From Oligoflexales bacterium (GTDB lineage: Bacteria; Bdellovibrionota_B; Oligoflexia; Oligoflexales; CAIYRB01): DNA of 19,551 bases. Both the position numbers and the translations under genes were made by a program. Numbering within the stretch: the stretch's first letter is position 1; each line of letters starts with the position of its first letter. Shown one piece after another: positions 1 to 8,182 of this stretch. The stretch covers positions 1-19,551 of the forward strand of contig JBGSUI010000235.1 in assembly GCA_041736175.1 (NCBI GenBank). The letters are read 5' to 3'. Under the pieces are notes generated by a model. The model did not search any database. It was not told where the DNA came from and saw only the letters and a list, made by a program, of their open reading frames with translations.

Positions 1-1
1 G

Positions 2-76
2 AAGACCCAACGCGAAGTCCTAGAAGCTTTCGGGTGGACACTTGGGGACGGATGGGTCTTACAGTTACCGAAGTGA
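2..76 (+). CDS. 3' end of a gene entering from the left edge; possibly a transposase C-terminus
   Basis: Open frame KTQREVLEAFGWTLGDGWVLQLPK-TGA(74-76), convergent with the SNF2 gene. The 'xQRxxLxAFG' segment resembles IS1634/IS4-like transposase tails, but 24 aa is too little to be sure. Confidence 0.3.
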   Translation, partial: KTQREVLEAFGWTLGDGWVLQLPK

Positions 77-144
77 TAACACATTGTTTCTTAAGATAAA
101 TGAACCGTTTTGTGCCCTCGAACTCTTAAACTCCTGTTAAATTT

Positions 145-3100
145 TTAGCGAAATAGACTTTCCACCAACGATGTCTTATCACCATGGAGTTTATGTATCA
201 TCTCCTCGATCGTCTGGCGAGACCGGAGTTTGTAGACAGTGACCGCTTGCTTTTGCCCCATCCGATGGGCTCGGTCTGTGGCTTGGTTTTCCACAGCTGG
301 GTTCCACCAGGGATCCATATGAAAGACGTAGGATGCCTGGGTCAAGTTAAGCCCAGTCCCTCCAGCTTTAAGAGACACCAAGAGCGCGTCAAACTGTCCA
401 GACTGAAACTGCTCGACAACCTTTCGCCTCTCGTCCAGAGAGGTTGCACCATCAAGATAGAGCAATTTAAACCCGTGGCCATCAAGATCCTGATGGATCA
501 GCCGTAGAAAACGGGTAAACTGACTAAACACTAAGGCACTTTGACCGGTCGCTTTGAGTTCAAAAAGCCGCTCACGGAGCAAATCGATTTTGGTTGATCC
601 ATTAACCCATTGAGGATCCAGGATCTGACGATGGCAGCTGGCCTGGCGCAGCGACGTCAGAGCAGCCAGGATGGCGATCTGTCTTTTGGGTTGGAGAGCT
701 TGGTCGTTAGGATCAAACTTTTGAATCTTTACGATAGCCTCGTCCCGGAGAGCTTCATAAAAATGGCGCTCGTCATCGTTGAGGTCAACCCACAGGTCCA
801 CCTCGGTCTTGGCAGGGAGTTCGTGAAGGTGATCTTTCTTCATCCTTCTTAGGATAAAAGGCTCAATTTTTGCCTTAAGCCGCCCAATAGCCAATGGGCT
901 TTTGTCTCTTTCGATCGGGAAAACAAAGGCTCGACGAAAACGCTCCCACTCCCCAAAAAGTCCTGGAGACACCGTCCGGAAAAGGGACCATAGATCGCTA
1001 AGACGGTTTTCAAGGGGAGTACCACTAAGCGCAAGGACCCACTGGGCCTTGATCGATTGCACGGACTGGGCGGTTTTTGTCGTTGCGTTTTTAAGGTGCT
1101 GTGCTTCGTCCAGGACCATGATGTTCCAAGGTACCTTTGCCAAGTGCTCCCCATGACGGATCACAAGGCCGTAGCTCGCAAGGACCACCTCGCCAGCCTC
1201 AAAGGATTGACCGACCCCACGACCCGGGAGATCTCGCAGCAGGGTGATCTTGAGATCGGGACAAAACTTTTGGGCTTCGGCAGCCCAGTTAAAGGCTAAG
1301 GAACTCGGTGCAATCACTAAAGAGGGACCGACACTGCAATTGCGAAGCAGGATCGCCAACGTCTGCACCGTTTTTCCTAAACCCATATCATCGGCTAAAC
1401 AAGCCCCTAGACGCCATTCATACCGTTTTTGCAGCCACTGAAACCCATCCATCTGGTAGGGCCTAAGGGAAGCCCTAAGACCAGGTGGCAGGGCGCAGCC
1501 CAGGTCATCTACAGGCTTTTGATGACCTATTCTTTGCAACTGATTCCAAAAGGCTCGAGACACCTCAGCAAATGGAAACTTGAGGAGACTCTCATGGACC
1601 TCAGCATCAGACAACGCTGCTAAATTGATCCCTAAGCCCGATTCTGGATCATCCTCAGTGCAAGCCACTAACGGGGCCATGCGCCGCGAAAAATGCTCCG
1701 AAAGGAGAGCCCACCGTCCGTCCGGCAACCGCAGGTATTTCTGCTGGCGACGGATGCTCGCCAAAAGTTCGCGCAGGCTGATTTTAGTGCCTTCATCGAT
1801 TTCTAGCCAGCCTTGCATCTCAAACCAATCCTTTTTTTCTCCAACACTGACGTTAAGAGATCCGCGGTCGATGTTAGGTGCGAGTCGGTAGGGACGATGT
1901 TCTTTCGCGAGATACTGGGGCCATTCCACCTGAAACGGGAGCGTGGTTTTAGCGGTTTCAAGGCGGCTGATAAACTGCAAACAAAGCTCGTCATTGTAGG
2001 CAATCACCGTCCAAGGCTCTGGTTCAGGGAGTTCATCAAGATCAAGCAGGCCCATCAAGCGGGAGGCAAGCTGGCGCTCCCTATCAAAATCACGAGGGAT
2101 CGCCTCCCCTTTAAGATCCGCAAAGTCTCTGATCATAGCAGGCCCCTCTCCTGGGACGACGGGAACTGCCGACGACCACTGCATCATAACCTGAATCTTC
2201 ATCCCCCCTTGTTTAAAGGGAGTCAGACGCAGCAAGGGTACGGGTGTCCTGTGATCCGAGGTCAATCCCTTCGCTCCCAGCGCGCCCTCCACATAACTCC
2301 CCACCTGACTAAGTAACAGCAGGAGCCGGTCCCTCTCTTGGTAGGAGATGGGCTCCTTGATGCTAAGGAGTCGCTCGATCAGTGGTCCTTCCCGCCCTTT
2401 TAGGGGAGCCACAAATATCCTAAGCTTGTTTGATTGAACAGATTGCTCAGGGACTCTAGCGTCCCAAGCGATAAGACCGCGCAGTGGGACCCAACGCTGC
2501 ACTGCAAACTCCTGGTCGCCGACGACCACCTGCAAGCGATAGCCCTCGGAGTCTTCAAGGATTTTGATGCGAGGAGCGCTCACATGGCACTCGCTCGGTT
2601 GGTCATCGATCCATAAGGGCTGGGTGTCGGCCGGGAAGGTGGCTATTTTTTCGAGGATGGTAAATACGGACTCATCATGGGACTCCCCTTGGCTTTTTTT
2701 AAGCAGCTCCCATAAAGGCATCGCCCTAGGTTCATTAAACCAATCTTCAAAGGACAACCGCTCCTTTCGCTCCCAGGATTTTTCCTGCCCATAGCGAGGC
2801 TGCACCCATTTTTCAATGTGGACTTCCCATTTCAATCTATCAAGATGGATCTGCCATTTGATATCAAAAAGCTCTGCTTCTCCGTCCGGAAGAGTGTTAC
2901 CCATATAAATGGAGAACAGATCATCAAGGGGGACGGATGAGACTGGCGGAATGTCGACCGCTTTTTGTTCTAGATCATCGAGGATTTTAAGGAGGGTGTC
3001 TTGGACATAATAGAGATGGTGGCACCGTATCGTTTCATAATGACGGATCTGGCTCAAACAGGAACACTGGACTTTGGTGATATCCCTTTCCAAATCAAAC

Positions 3101-3339
3101 AAGGGAAACGTTATATGGATCTTATGGAGATCGCTACCGTCTCTAACCACAACATGAATATCTTCTCCGTTCACTTCTAGGGATTCGATAGAATCCTGGG
3201 GCATTTTTTGGGATTTGTTTTTATGTTTGGGTTGGTATTCTTTTTGTAAATCACGCTGTAAAAAAGCCTTCAGGTTCCCCCGTTCAGTGGGGTCAAGTTT
3301 GTCCATATCACCTTTATATTTTGCGTATTTATGACTCAT
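145..3339 (-). CDS. SWIM zinc-finger SNF2/Swi2-family ATP-dependent helicase (DEAQ box)
   Basis: SWIM-like CSC-x10-CHH. SNF2 motifs LRPYQ, LADDMGLGKT (Walker A), DEAQ, LSGTPLEN, LVFSQF, SLKAGGTGLNL and DPWWNPAVENQATDRAHRMGQ. Start placed at ATG 3339 (AAAGGA upstream; ATG 3351 is an alternative) because the ORF-track start at 3444 overlaps the deiminase gene. Confidence 0.93.
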   Translation of the reverse strand: MSHKYAKYKGDMDKLDPTERGNLKAFLQRDLQKEYQPKHKNKSQKMPQDSIESLEVNGEDIHVVVRDGSDLHKIHITFPLFDLERDITKVQCSCLSQIRHYETIRCHHLYYVQDTLLKILDDLEQKAVDIPPVSSVPLDDLFSIYMGNTLPDGEAELFDIKWQIHLDRLKWEVHIEKWVQPRYGQEKSWERKERLSFEDWFNEPRAMPLWELLKKSQGESHDESVFTILEKIATFPADTQPLWIDDQPSECHVSAPRIKILEDSEGYRLQVVVGDQEFAVQRWVPLRGLIAWDARVPEQSVQSNKLRIFVAPLKGREGPLIERLLSIKEPISYQERDRLLLLLSQVGSYVEGALGAKGLTSDHRTPVPLLRLTPFKQGGMKIQVMMQWSSAVPVVPGEGPAMIRDFADLKGEAIPRDFDRERQLASRLMGLLDLDELPEPEPWTVIAYNDELCLQFISRLETAKTTLPFQVEWPQYLAKEHRPYRLAPNIDRGSLNVSVGEKKDWFEMQGWLEIDEGTKISLRELLASIRRQQKYLRLPDGRWALLSEHFSRRMAPLVACTEDDPESGLGINLAALSDAEVHESLLKFPFAEVSRAFWNQLQRIGHQKPVDDLGCALPPGLRASLRPYQMDGFQWLQKRYEWRLGACLADDMGLGKTVQTLAILLRNCSVGPSLVIAPSSLAFNWAAEAQKFCPDLKITLLRDLPGRGVGQSFEAGEVVLASYGLVIRHGEHLAKVPWNIMVLDEAQHLKNATTKTAQSVQSIKAQWVLALSGTPLENRLSDLWSLFRTVSPGLFGEWERFRRAFVFPIERDKSPLAIGRLKAKIEPFILRRMKKDHLHELPAKTEVDLWVDLNDDERHFYEALRDEAIVKIQKFDPNDQALQPKRQIAILAALTSLRQASCHRQILDPQWVNGSTKIDLLRERLFELKATGQSALVFSQFTRFLRLIHQDLDGHGFKLLYLDGATSLDERRKVVEQFQSGQFDALLVSLKAGGTGLNLTQASYVFHMDPWWNPAVENQATDRAHRMGQKQAVTVYKLRSRQTIEEMIHKLHGDKTSLVESLFR

Positions 3340-3395
3340 CGTCGTGACCATTCCTTTCTGGACATCCACACCGAAAGGTAGCATCCTACTCCAAT

Positions 3396-4595
3396 TTATG
3401 GAACTTGCATCGTCGCGCAATGGATACTGCCGCCGAGCGGGCAACGATCATCCATATTGACCCACACTGGCTTTAGTCCAGCCGCTAAAAATTCCGACCA
3501 AGTCTTTTTCTCATATTCGTCGATTAAACTTGCATCGGGGTAATAATAAATTCCCACTTTACTGAGAATGGGATTGGGAGCTAAATAGCGTGGAATCATC
3601 ACCCAGTCGTTGATGATCAAGGAGTTGATATAGGAACGGAAGATGTGATGATTTTTGTTGAAGCCTCGATCGAAAAAGAGGGGGCTGGGCATAGGGATAC
3701 GCACGACGGTAAACCCAAGTCGTTTAAGTATTTTGGCATTTTTGTCAAGATAATTGGCAATCTCCTGAGCTCGCTCCGGATTATTAGAATACCTCTGCGC
3801 CGCACACCCCAGTTCAGCCACAAATAAAACATCTTTTTTGACAGCCTTTGCCCACATGTCGATATGGGACGTACCCTCATATGGCATCGAAGGAAAATCC
3901 AATAGTTCGTCGCATCCCATGATATTTTTAAAGATGTCGATGATTTTTTCTCTGGCCATATTTATATTATTGGTAAATAAAACCGTCGTCGTAAGGCAAT
4001 ACATCTTGTCATGGAGTTCTGCCGCTACGAAATTTCCGCCTTCAAACTTTATGGGCACCTTAACGATCGGTAGTGAGTTTTCCCTTGCAAATTTCTTATT
4101 AAAAGCGTTTTCAGTAGGACGATACGAATAATATTTAAAATCAAGGATGACATTCTGGGGGTCATCTTGGCGTCTAAAGGTCAGTGGACCGAAATCCCTC
4201 GTCCAACCAGCAACCGTGTCGCCGACTGGAGATGGCATTTCGATAGGTGTGATCTTAATCTGGTCATTTAGTCCATCTTTTTGCAATTGATCGCTTAATG
4301 TTTCGATGCTCTTTTGGACATAATCATCACCTTGAGTGTGGATCAAATAAAGATTTTTGACACCGCCGGCCCTAAACTTTTTGACTAGGTCAAAGTTGAT
4401 ATACCCGTAAGCGCCCGATAAGACCACTCCTGTTGTTGGATGATATTCTGGAATAGGCCGCAGCTTGCCTCTCAAATCTTCGAGCCCTGTGGCATTTTCA
4501 GCCGTCATAGTCTTTGTGTCACTAAGACTCTGCAGTCGGCATGAAGCTAGGAGCATCGAAAGGATGAAATTCAATATATTATATTTCCAACTCAA
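3396..4595 (-). CDS. Agmatine/peptidylarginine deiminase family protein with lipoprotein signal peptide
   Basis: Family motifs WTRDFGP, FEGGN, GTSHIDM, SYIN and C-terminal GGSIHCATMQVP (catalytic Cys). N-terminus MSWKYNILNFILSMLLAS-C has a lipobox. AGGAG lies 7 nt before the TTG start. Confidence 0.9.
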   Translation of the reverse strand: MSWKYNILNFILSMLLASCRLQSLSDTKTMTAENATGLEDLRGKLRPIPEYHPTTGVVLSGAYGYINFDLVKKFRAGGVKNLYLIHTQGDDYVQKSIETLSDQLQKDGLNDQIKITPIEMPSPVGDTVAGWTRDFGPLTFRRQDDPQNVILDFKYYSYRPTENAFNKKFARENSLPIVKVPIKFEGGNFVAAELHDKMYCLTTTVLFTNNINMAREKIIDIFKNIMGCDELLDFPSMPYEGTSHIDMWAKAVKKDVLFVAELGCAAQRYSNNPERAQEIANYLDKNAKILKRLGFTVVRIPMPSPLFFDRGFNKNHHIFRSYINSLIINDWVMIPRYLAPNPILSKVGIYYYPDASLIDEYEKKTWSEFLAAGLKPVWVNMDDRCPLGGSIHCATMQVP

Positions 4596-4628
4596 CTTTT
4601 AACTCCTAAGTCCATTTGATTTATGACT

Positions 4629-4644
4629 GGCAATTTGTATTCCA
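4629..4644 (-). promoter_or_regulatory. Putative sigma-54 promoter of the deiminase gene
   Basis: Minus strand reads TGGAAT-ACAAA-TTGCC, an exact GG-N10-GC spacing with TTGC at -12, about 35 nt upstream of the start codon. Confidence 0.6.
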
Positions 4645-4686
4645 TAGAAACCACGATTCTCAGTATTTTTTGTGCTAGTTTAACCT

Positions 4687-5511
4687 TCATCTCTTTTCCG
4701 ATCTCGCCCAAAGGCACACCCTGTTAAGGGCAAGCCCTGCGACTTTTACTGAGTAGACAAACGAACGAAGGGATCCCGTCGCATTTGTGTAAAACGAGTT
4801 TGCGTCACCACCCCTTAGAGCTCCCTGTGCCTCTTGAACTTGGAGGGTTGATGCCACCAGTGACATGATACTAATCTGAGCTAGACTCTTTGTGCTCGTA
4901 CAAGGGTGCAAGGTACACGGCACTGAAACTCCCGCCAGCCCCGAAACCCCTCTTCCCACCAAATCCCTGACCCGGGCAAATTCAGCAAATAAAAGAGATG
5001 CCATTGTGGTGCCATCAAAACCCTGAAGTTGCTCCTGGGAAACTTTTTGCACCACAGGTATGACTTGCCCTTGTGGATTGACCTTAAACACCCCCTCAAG
5101 AAGAACAACGTTCTCGGGGACGAGTTGAGTCGCAGTTGGTTTTTCCCCCGGATTTTCTTTGAGACGACTTAGAGTCCAAGGGGTTTGGAGCGGATCCCGC
5201 TGATCACCCGGTAACTGGGCGGCTATCTGGAGAACCACGGGCTTTTGAAGCGGCTGCGTTGGCTGACAGGTGATTTCCGTGCCTCCTTCCAATGCGTTGG
5301 GATCCTTTTGTCTAAGGCTTAGACGATTGCACAGTTTTGCGAGTGATTCCGTGAGTGGCCTAAACTCAAGAGGCATCGCCTCATTGTTCCCATTCAGGAC
5401 GGATTCGTTCTTAACCAAAGCCCCAGGTCGCATTTCACAAGAATGTATATTAAGAACCGATGCATATAGGACCCAAAGTTTCATCGTAACTGGTTTTTTT
5501 TTAAGCTCCAC
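4687..5511 (-). CDS. Hypothetical exported/lipoprotein-like protein
   Basis: Long ORF. AAGGAG lies 5 nt before GTG at 5511, giving MELKKKPVTMKLWVLYASVLNIHS-C (basic, hydrophobic, weak lipobox). No family recognised. Confidence 0.65.
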   Translation of the reverse strand: MELKKKPVTMKLWVLYASVLNIHSCEMRPGALVKNESVLNGNNEAMPLEFRPLTESLAKLCNRLSLRQKDPNALEGGTEITCQPTQPLQKPVVLQIAAQLPGDQRDPLQTPWTLSRLKENPGEKPTATQLVPENVVLLEGVFKVNPQGQVIPVVQKVSQEQLQGFDGTTMASLLFAEFARVRDLVGRGVSGLAGVSVPCTLHPCTSTKSLAQISIMSLVASTLQVQEAQGALRGGDANSFYTNATGSLRSFVYSVKVAGLALNRVCLWARSEKR

Positions 5512-5539
5512 GAAGACTCCTTGCAAACACTTTTTTGCC

Positions 5540-5785
5540 TTAAGGTCGTCCTAGCAAAATCCGTTCCATTAAGTCCAGATTTATCCCAGAAATCGCCTCA
5601 TAATCTCCTAGAAAGTACGTTTTCTCCCGAATTTTTGTGGATAACTCAGGGATTAGACTATTTTTGGTGATCGTGGCGTCGAGGTCAGACTCCCCCATGT
5701 TTGTTTTCGGTGGTAACTGAACTAGATGACAATGGGTTACAAAAGGGAATACCAAAAGTATCAATAATGTGAATATTTTTTTCAT
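5540..5785 (-). CDS. Small hypothetical lipoprotein (81 aa)
   Basis: MKKIFTLLILLVFPFVTH-C signal peptide, AGAGG RBS, and a sigma-54 motif directly upstream. The gap to the next gene's start is 28 nt. Confidence 0.6.
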   Translation of the reverse strand: MKKIFTLLILLVFPFVTHCHLVQLPPKTNMGESDLDATITKNSLIPELSTKIREKTYFLGDYEAISGINLDLMERILLGRP

Positions 5786-5821
5786 ATCTTTTTCCTCTTA
5801 AAAAAATGATACAAACCACTC

Positions 5822-5837
5822 TGCAAAAGATGTGCCG
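5822..5837 (-). promoter_or_regulatory. Putative sigma-54 promoter of the 5785/5511 gene pair
   Basis: Minus strand reads CGGCAC-ATCTT-TTGCA, one mismatch to the TGGCAC-N5-TTGCW consensus, about 36 nt upstream of ATG 5785. Confidence 0.72.
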
Positions 5838-5903
5838 ATAACTAGAATACAAAAAAATCTAGAATAACAGCCGTCTCAAAGTAGGGACCTATAAAAATGT
5901 TAG

Positions 5904-6092
5904 TCATTGCAAAAATGCGGGCCCAAGTTTTTCACCCGCCCGAAGCGGGGCAGACTCTTTGCCGTTACCATCTGTGTAGTAGATTCTAAACATTCCCGAC
6001 AGGACTAAACCCAGATATCTTGCAGGAGTCCCTGCGGGGGGGGAGGCATACGCCTTTCGCCCCACTGGTTTAATAGGGAAACTGATATCCAT
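5904..6092 (-). pseudogene. Remnant of a Crp/Fnr-family cNMP-binding domain gene
   Basis: AGTPARYLGLVLSGMFRIYYTDGNGKE is the typical cNMP beta-roll segment. Removing one base from the C8 run (G 6036-6043 on +) restores KGVCLPPAG (KG-x6-G), but that frame has a TAA just upstream. There is no HTH and no intact gene. Confidence 0.6.
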
Positions 6093-6108
6093 TTGGCAAT
6101 CAACTCTC

Positions 6109-7218
6109 TCAAAGAAACCTAAGCTCGCTGCGCAGCGTCTTTGTCAGCCGGTCGGTATCCTCTTTTGGTCGGGCAGCGATTCGGAAAAAGCTGCTGGAAG
6201 AACCGATCTTATTGCTACATTCCCGGACAAAGAGTTTATGCCTCTTGAGGAGTCGGTCACGGAGCTGGAGTCCATCAAAGGGGTGTGGTAGCTGAAAAAA
6301 CGCAAAGTTTGCTTGACTAGAGAACACGGTCAGCCCGGGAATTTCCCGCAGACGCTGCTCCAAAGAACGGCGATCTTCGACGATGCGGGCGAGACTGGAG
6401 TAGAATTCGTTGGGGTGATCGCGCACCAGAGATAGAGCGAATTGGGCGATACCGTTGATGTTCCAATAGGGTATAAGCGGACGCAGACCATCAATCAATT
6501 GTCTATTCCCAACGACGAATCCAAGACGGACGCCATGCCACCCAATCGCCTTGCCGAGACTTTTGATGACGAGGACGTTACCCAATTGAGACACCAACTT
6601 TTCGAGACTTTCCGATAAAGGGTCGTCAGCAAAAGGCATAAAACTTTCATCAATGACTATAAGTTCTAAATGGGAAAGTCGCCTGATTATATGGAGTAGT
6701 TCGGTGCTTTTGCTTAAGGACCCTGTGGGGTTATTAGGATTGCACAGCACCATGGATTTGACCTTTGATCTGATGGCAAAAGCTATAAATTCCTCTGGGT
6801 CTATATGAAAGCCCTGGTCCATTCGCCTCTGAAAAGTCACCAAACTTTTGCCGATATCCCTAGGCAGATCCGTCCATCGCCCAAAGGTTGGAATGTCGAC
6901 TAATATTGGTCCCTGCATCTGGTTGTTGACCAGGGTTGTGATAATTTCTGTGGAGCCGTTGACTGTTAAAAGGTTTATTGGATTTACATTTACGATTTCG
7001 CTGAGGATCGAGACTGATTCTGGACGGTAATCTGGATAGTATTTAAGCAGGGCGGGAAGTCTTTCCACCAAGGCTTGGTGCATTTCTTGTGTAGGAAAAT
7101 AGGCGTTTGCGGGGACACAGTAGTCAATAACTTGTCCTAGATGGGATGCCACTTCAAAATAGGTTGGGTTGTGCCGTGCCGTTTGTAAAAAATTCTCGTG
7201 GTCAGTGGGAGATTGCAT
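6109..7218 (-). CDS. PLP-dependent class I/II enzyme, CobD (threonine-phosphate decarboxylase)/HisC-like
   Basis: Motifs YYPD, NGSTE, PTF, CNPNNPTG, IDESF, KSLGK (PLP lysine) with GVRLGF, SQANF and FRIA. Start at ATG 7218 (GGAGGAG RBS), overlapping the kinase stop by 17 nt. Confidence 0.85.
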   Translation of the reverse strand: MQSPTDHENFLQTARHNPTYFEVASHLGQVIDYCVPANAYFPTQEMHQALVERLPALLKYYPDYRPESVSILSEIVNVNPINLLTVNGSTEIITTLVNNQMQGPILVDIPTFGRWTDLPRDIGKSLVTFQRRMDQGFHIDPEEFIAFAIRSKVKSMVLCNPNNPTGSLSKSTELLHIIRRLSHLELIVIDESFMPFADDPLSESLEKLVSQLGNVLVIKSLGKAIGWHGVRLGFVVGNRQLIDGLRPLIPYWNINGIAQFALSLVRDHPNEFYSSLARIVEDRRSLEQRLREIPGLTVFSSQANFAFFQLPHPFDGLQLRDRLLKRHKLFVRECSNKIGSSSSFFRIAARPKEDTDRLTKTLRSELRFL

Positions 7219-8077
7219 GCACTCCTCCGGAGATAAGTCTGTGTGGAGGAAAGACGTTTTCTGGTCCAAAAATCCGTTGCATTTTTGAAAACAGGTTATC
7301 TTCTGAAACTTGAAGAGGGTCGTACATGAGTCCAAGTACGGTACCGCTGTGGGCACAGCTCACTCCAAGTCCCCCCTCCATCTGGGAAAGTGCCAAGAGT
7401 TCTGGAAACTGCTCCTTATAAATTACTTTTTGATTGATTGAAGCACTGATGGTGGCTGCCATACCAATCATAGGAGCGCAGTTTGCTGTCAATCCACGGA
7501 TAAGCCTCTGGCGCGCTTCTTTGTGGGCTGCCTGATTCTGTTTGGCTACGTAGTGGAACTTCTCTCGGTCGAATTCATCAGTCGCAATGCTGCCTCCACA
7601 GTCGACGATGATCACCGAAATACCCGTGGGTGTTGGGAAGGACGATAGAATTTGCCCCGTCAGCTGGTGCACCAGACTGACCCCTGTTGCCTGGACGCAA
7701 TCAGTAGCTTCTACCTTTGCGTTCATTAAACAACTCGTCTCAGCTGTGAGTTTATAGTTAAGTAAGTTTGCAGCCGCCTCTAGAGCGGCGGCGATTTCTG
7801 AAGTGCTTGAGGCCAGACCTTTACCACGGGGTATATTACTGAGAAACCCAAGTTCAAGGCCGTCTCTCTTGCCGGTAAGGTCAAGCAATTGGCTGACGGC
7901 TGCCACGGCCTTGGCATACTGAGTCGGATGGGTAGCCCGTACTCCCTGGAAGGCTGCCGTAAGGCTCATCCGGGCAGCGCTGAACAAATCGATAGGAAAG
8001 TTAACGAGATAGTCACTGTGATCGATGGTGCCCTGGATGAGTTCGCCAGCTGTGGCTGGAGCCATACATGTGATCAA
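7202..8077 (-). CDS. GHMP-family kinase, PduX/BluE-like L-threonine kinase
   Basis: APATAGELIQG, IPRGKGLASST (GHMP ATP loop), ATISASINQ and GVSCAHSGTVLGL match PduX-type signatures. Start is uncertain: TTG 8077 after AAGGAG, ATG 8065, or TTG 8152. Confidence 0.85.
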   Translation of the reverse strand: MITCMAPATAGELIQGTIDHSDYLVNFPIDLFSAARMSLTAAFQGVRATHPTQYAKAVAAVSQLLDLTGKRDGLELGFLSNIPRGKGLASSTSEIAAALEAAANLLNYKLTAETSCLMNAKVEATDCVQATGVSLVHQLTGQILSSFPTPTGISVIIVDCGGSIATDEFDREKFHYVAKQNQAAHKEARQRLIRGLTANCAPMIGMAATISASINQKVIYKEQFPELLALSQMEGGLGVSCAHSGTVLGLMYDPLQVSEDNLFSKMQRIFGPENVFPPHRLISGGVHAISH

Positions 8078-8165
8078 TCTTTTTTCACCGCTCCTTGGGT
8101 GTCCAAATTCTGAAACAAGCGTGAAAATATATTTAAAAATTGCGTCTATCAAGCCTTAATCGATC

Positions 8166-8182
8166 CGCTAGGCTTCCTAGCG
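8166..8182. other. Perfect 7-bp hairpin in the kinase leader
   Basis: CGCTAGG-CTT-CCTAGCG with no strong U-tract, so its function is unassigned. Confidence 0.45.

Noticed and set aside
3340..3444. N-terminal extension of the SNF2 ORF overlapping the deiminase
   Set aside because: TTG start without an RBS, inside the deiminase's conserved catalytic C-terminus. Downstream ATGs fit better.
7219..7356. 46-aa N-terminal extension of the PLP enzyme overlapping the kinase
   Set aside because: Alternate-frame read of the kinase gene. ATG 7218 has a strong GGAGGAG RBS.
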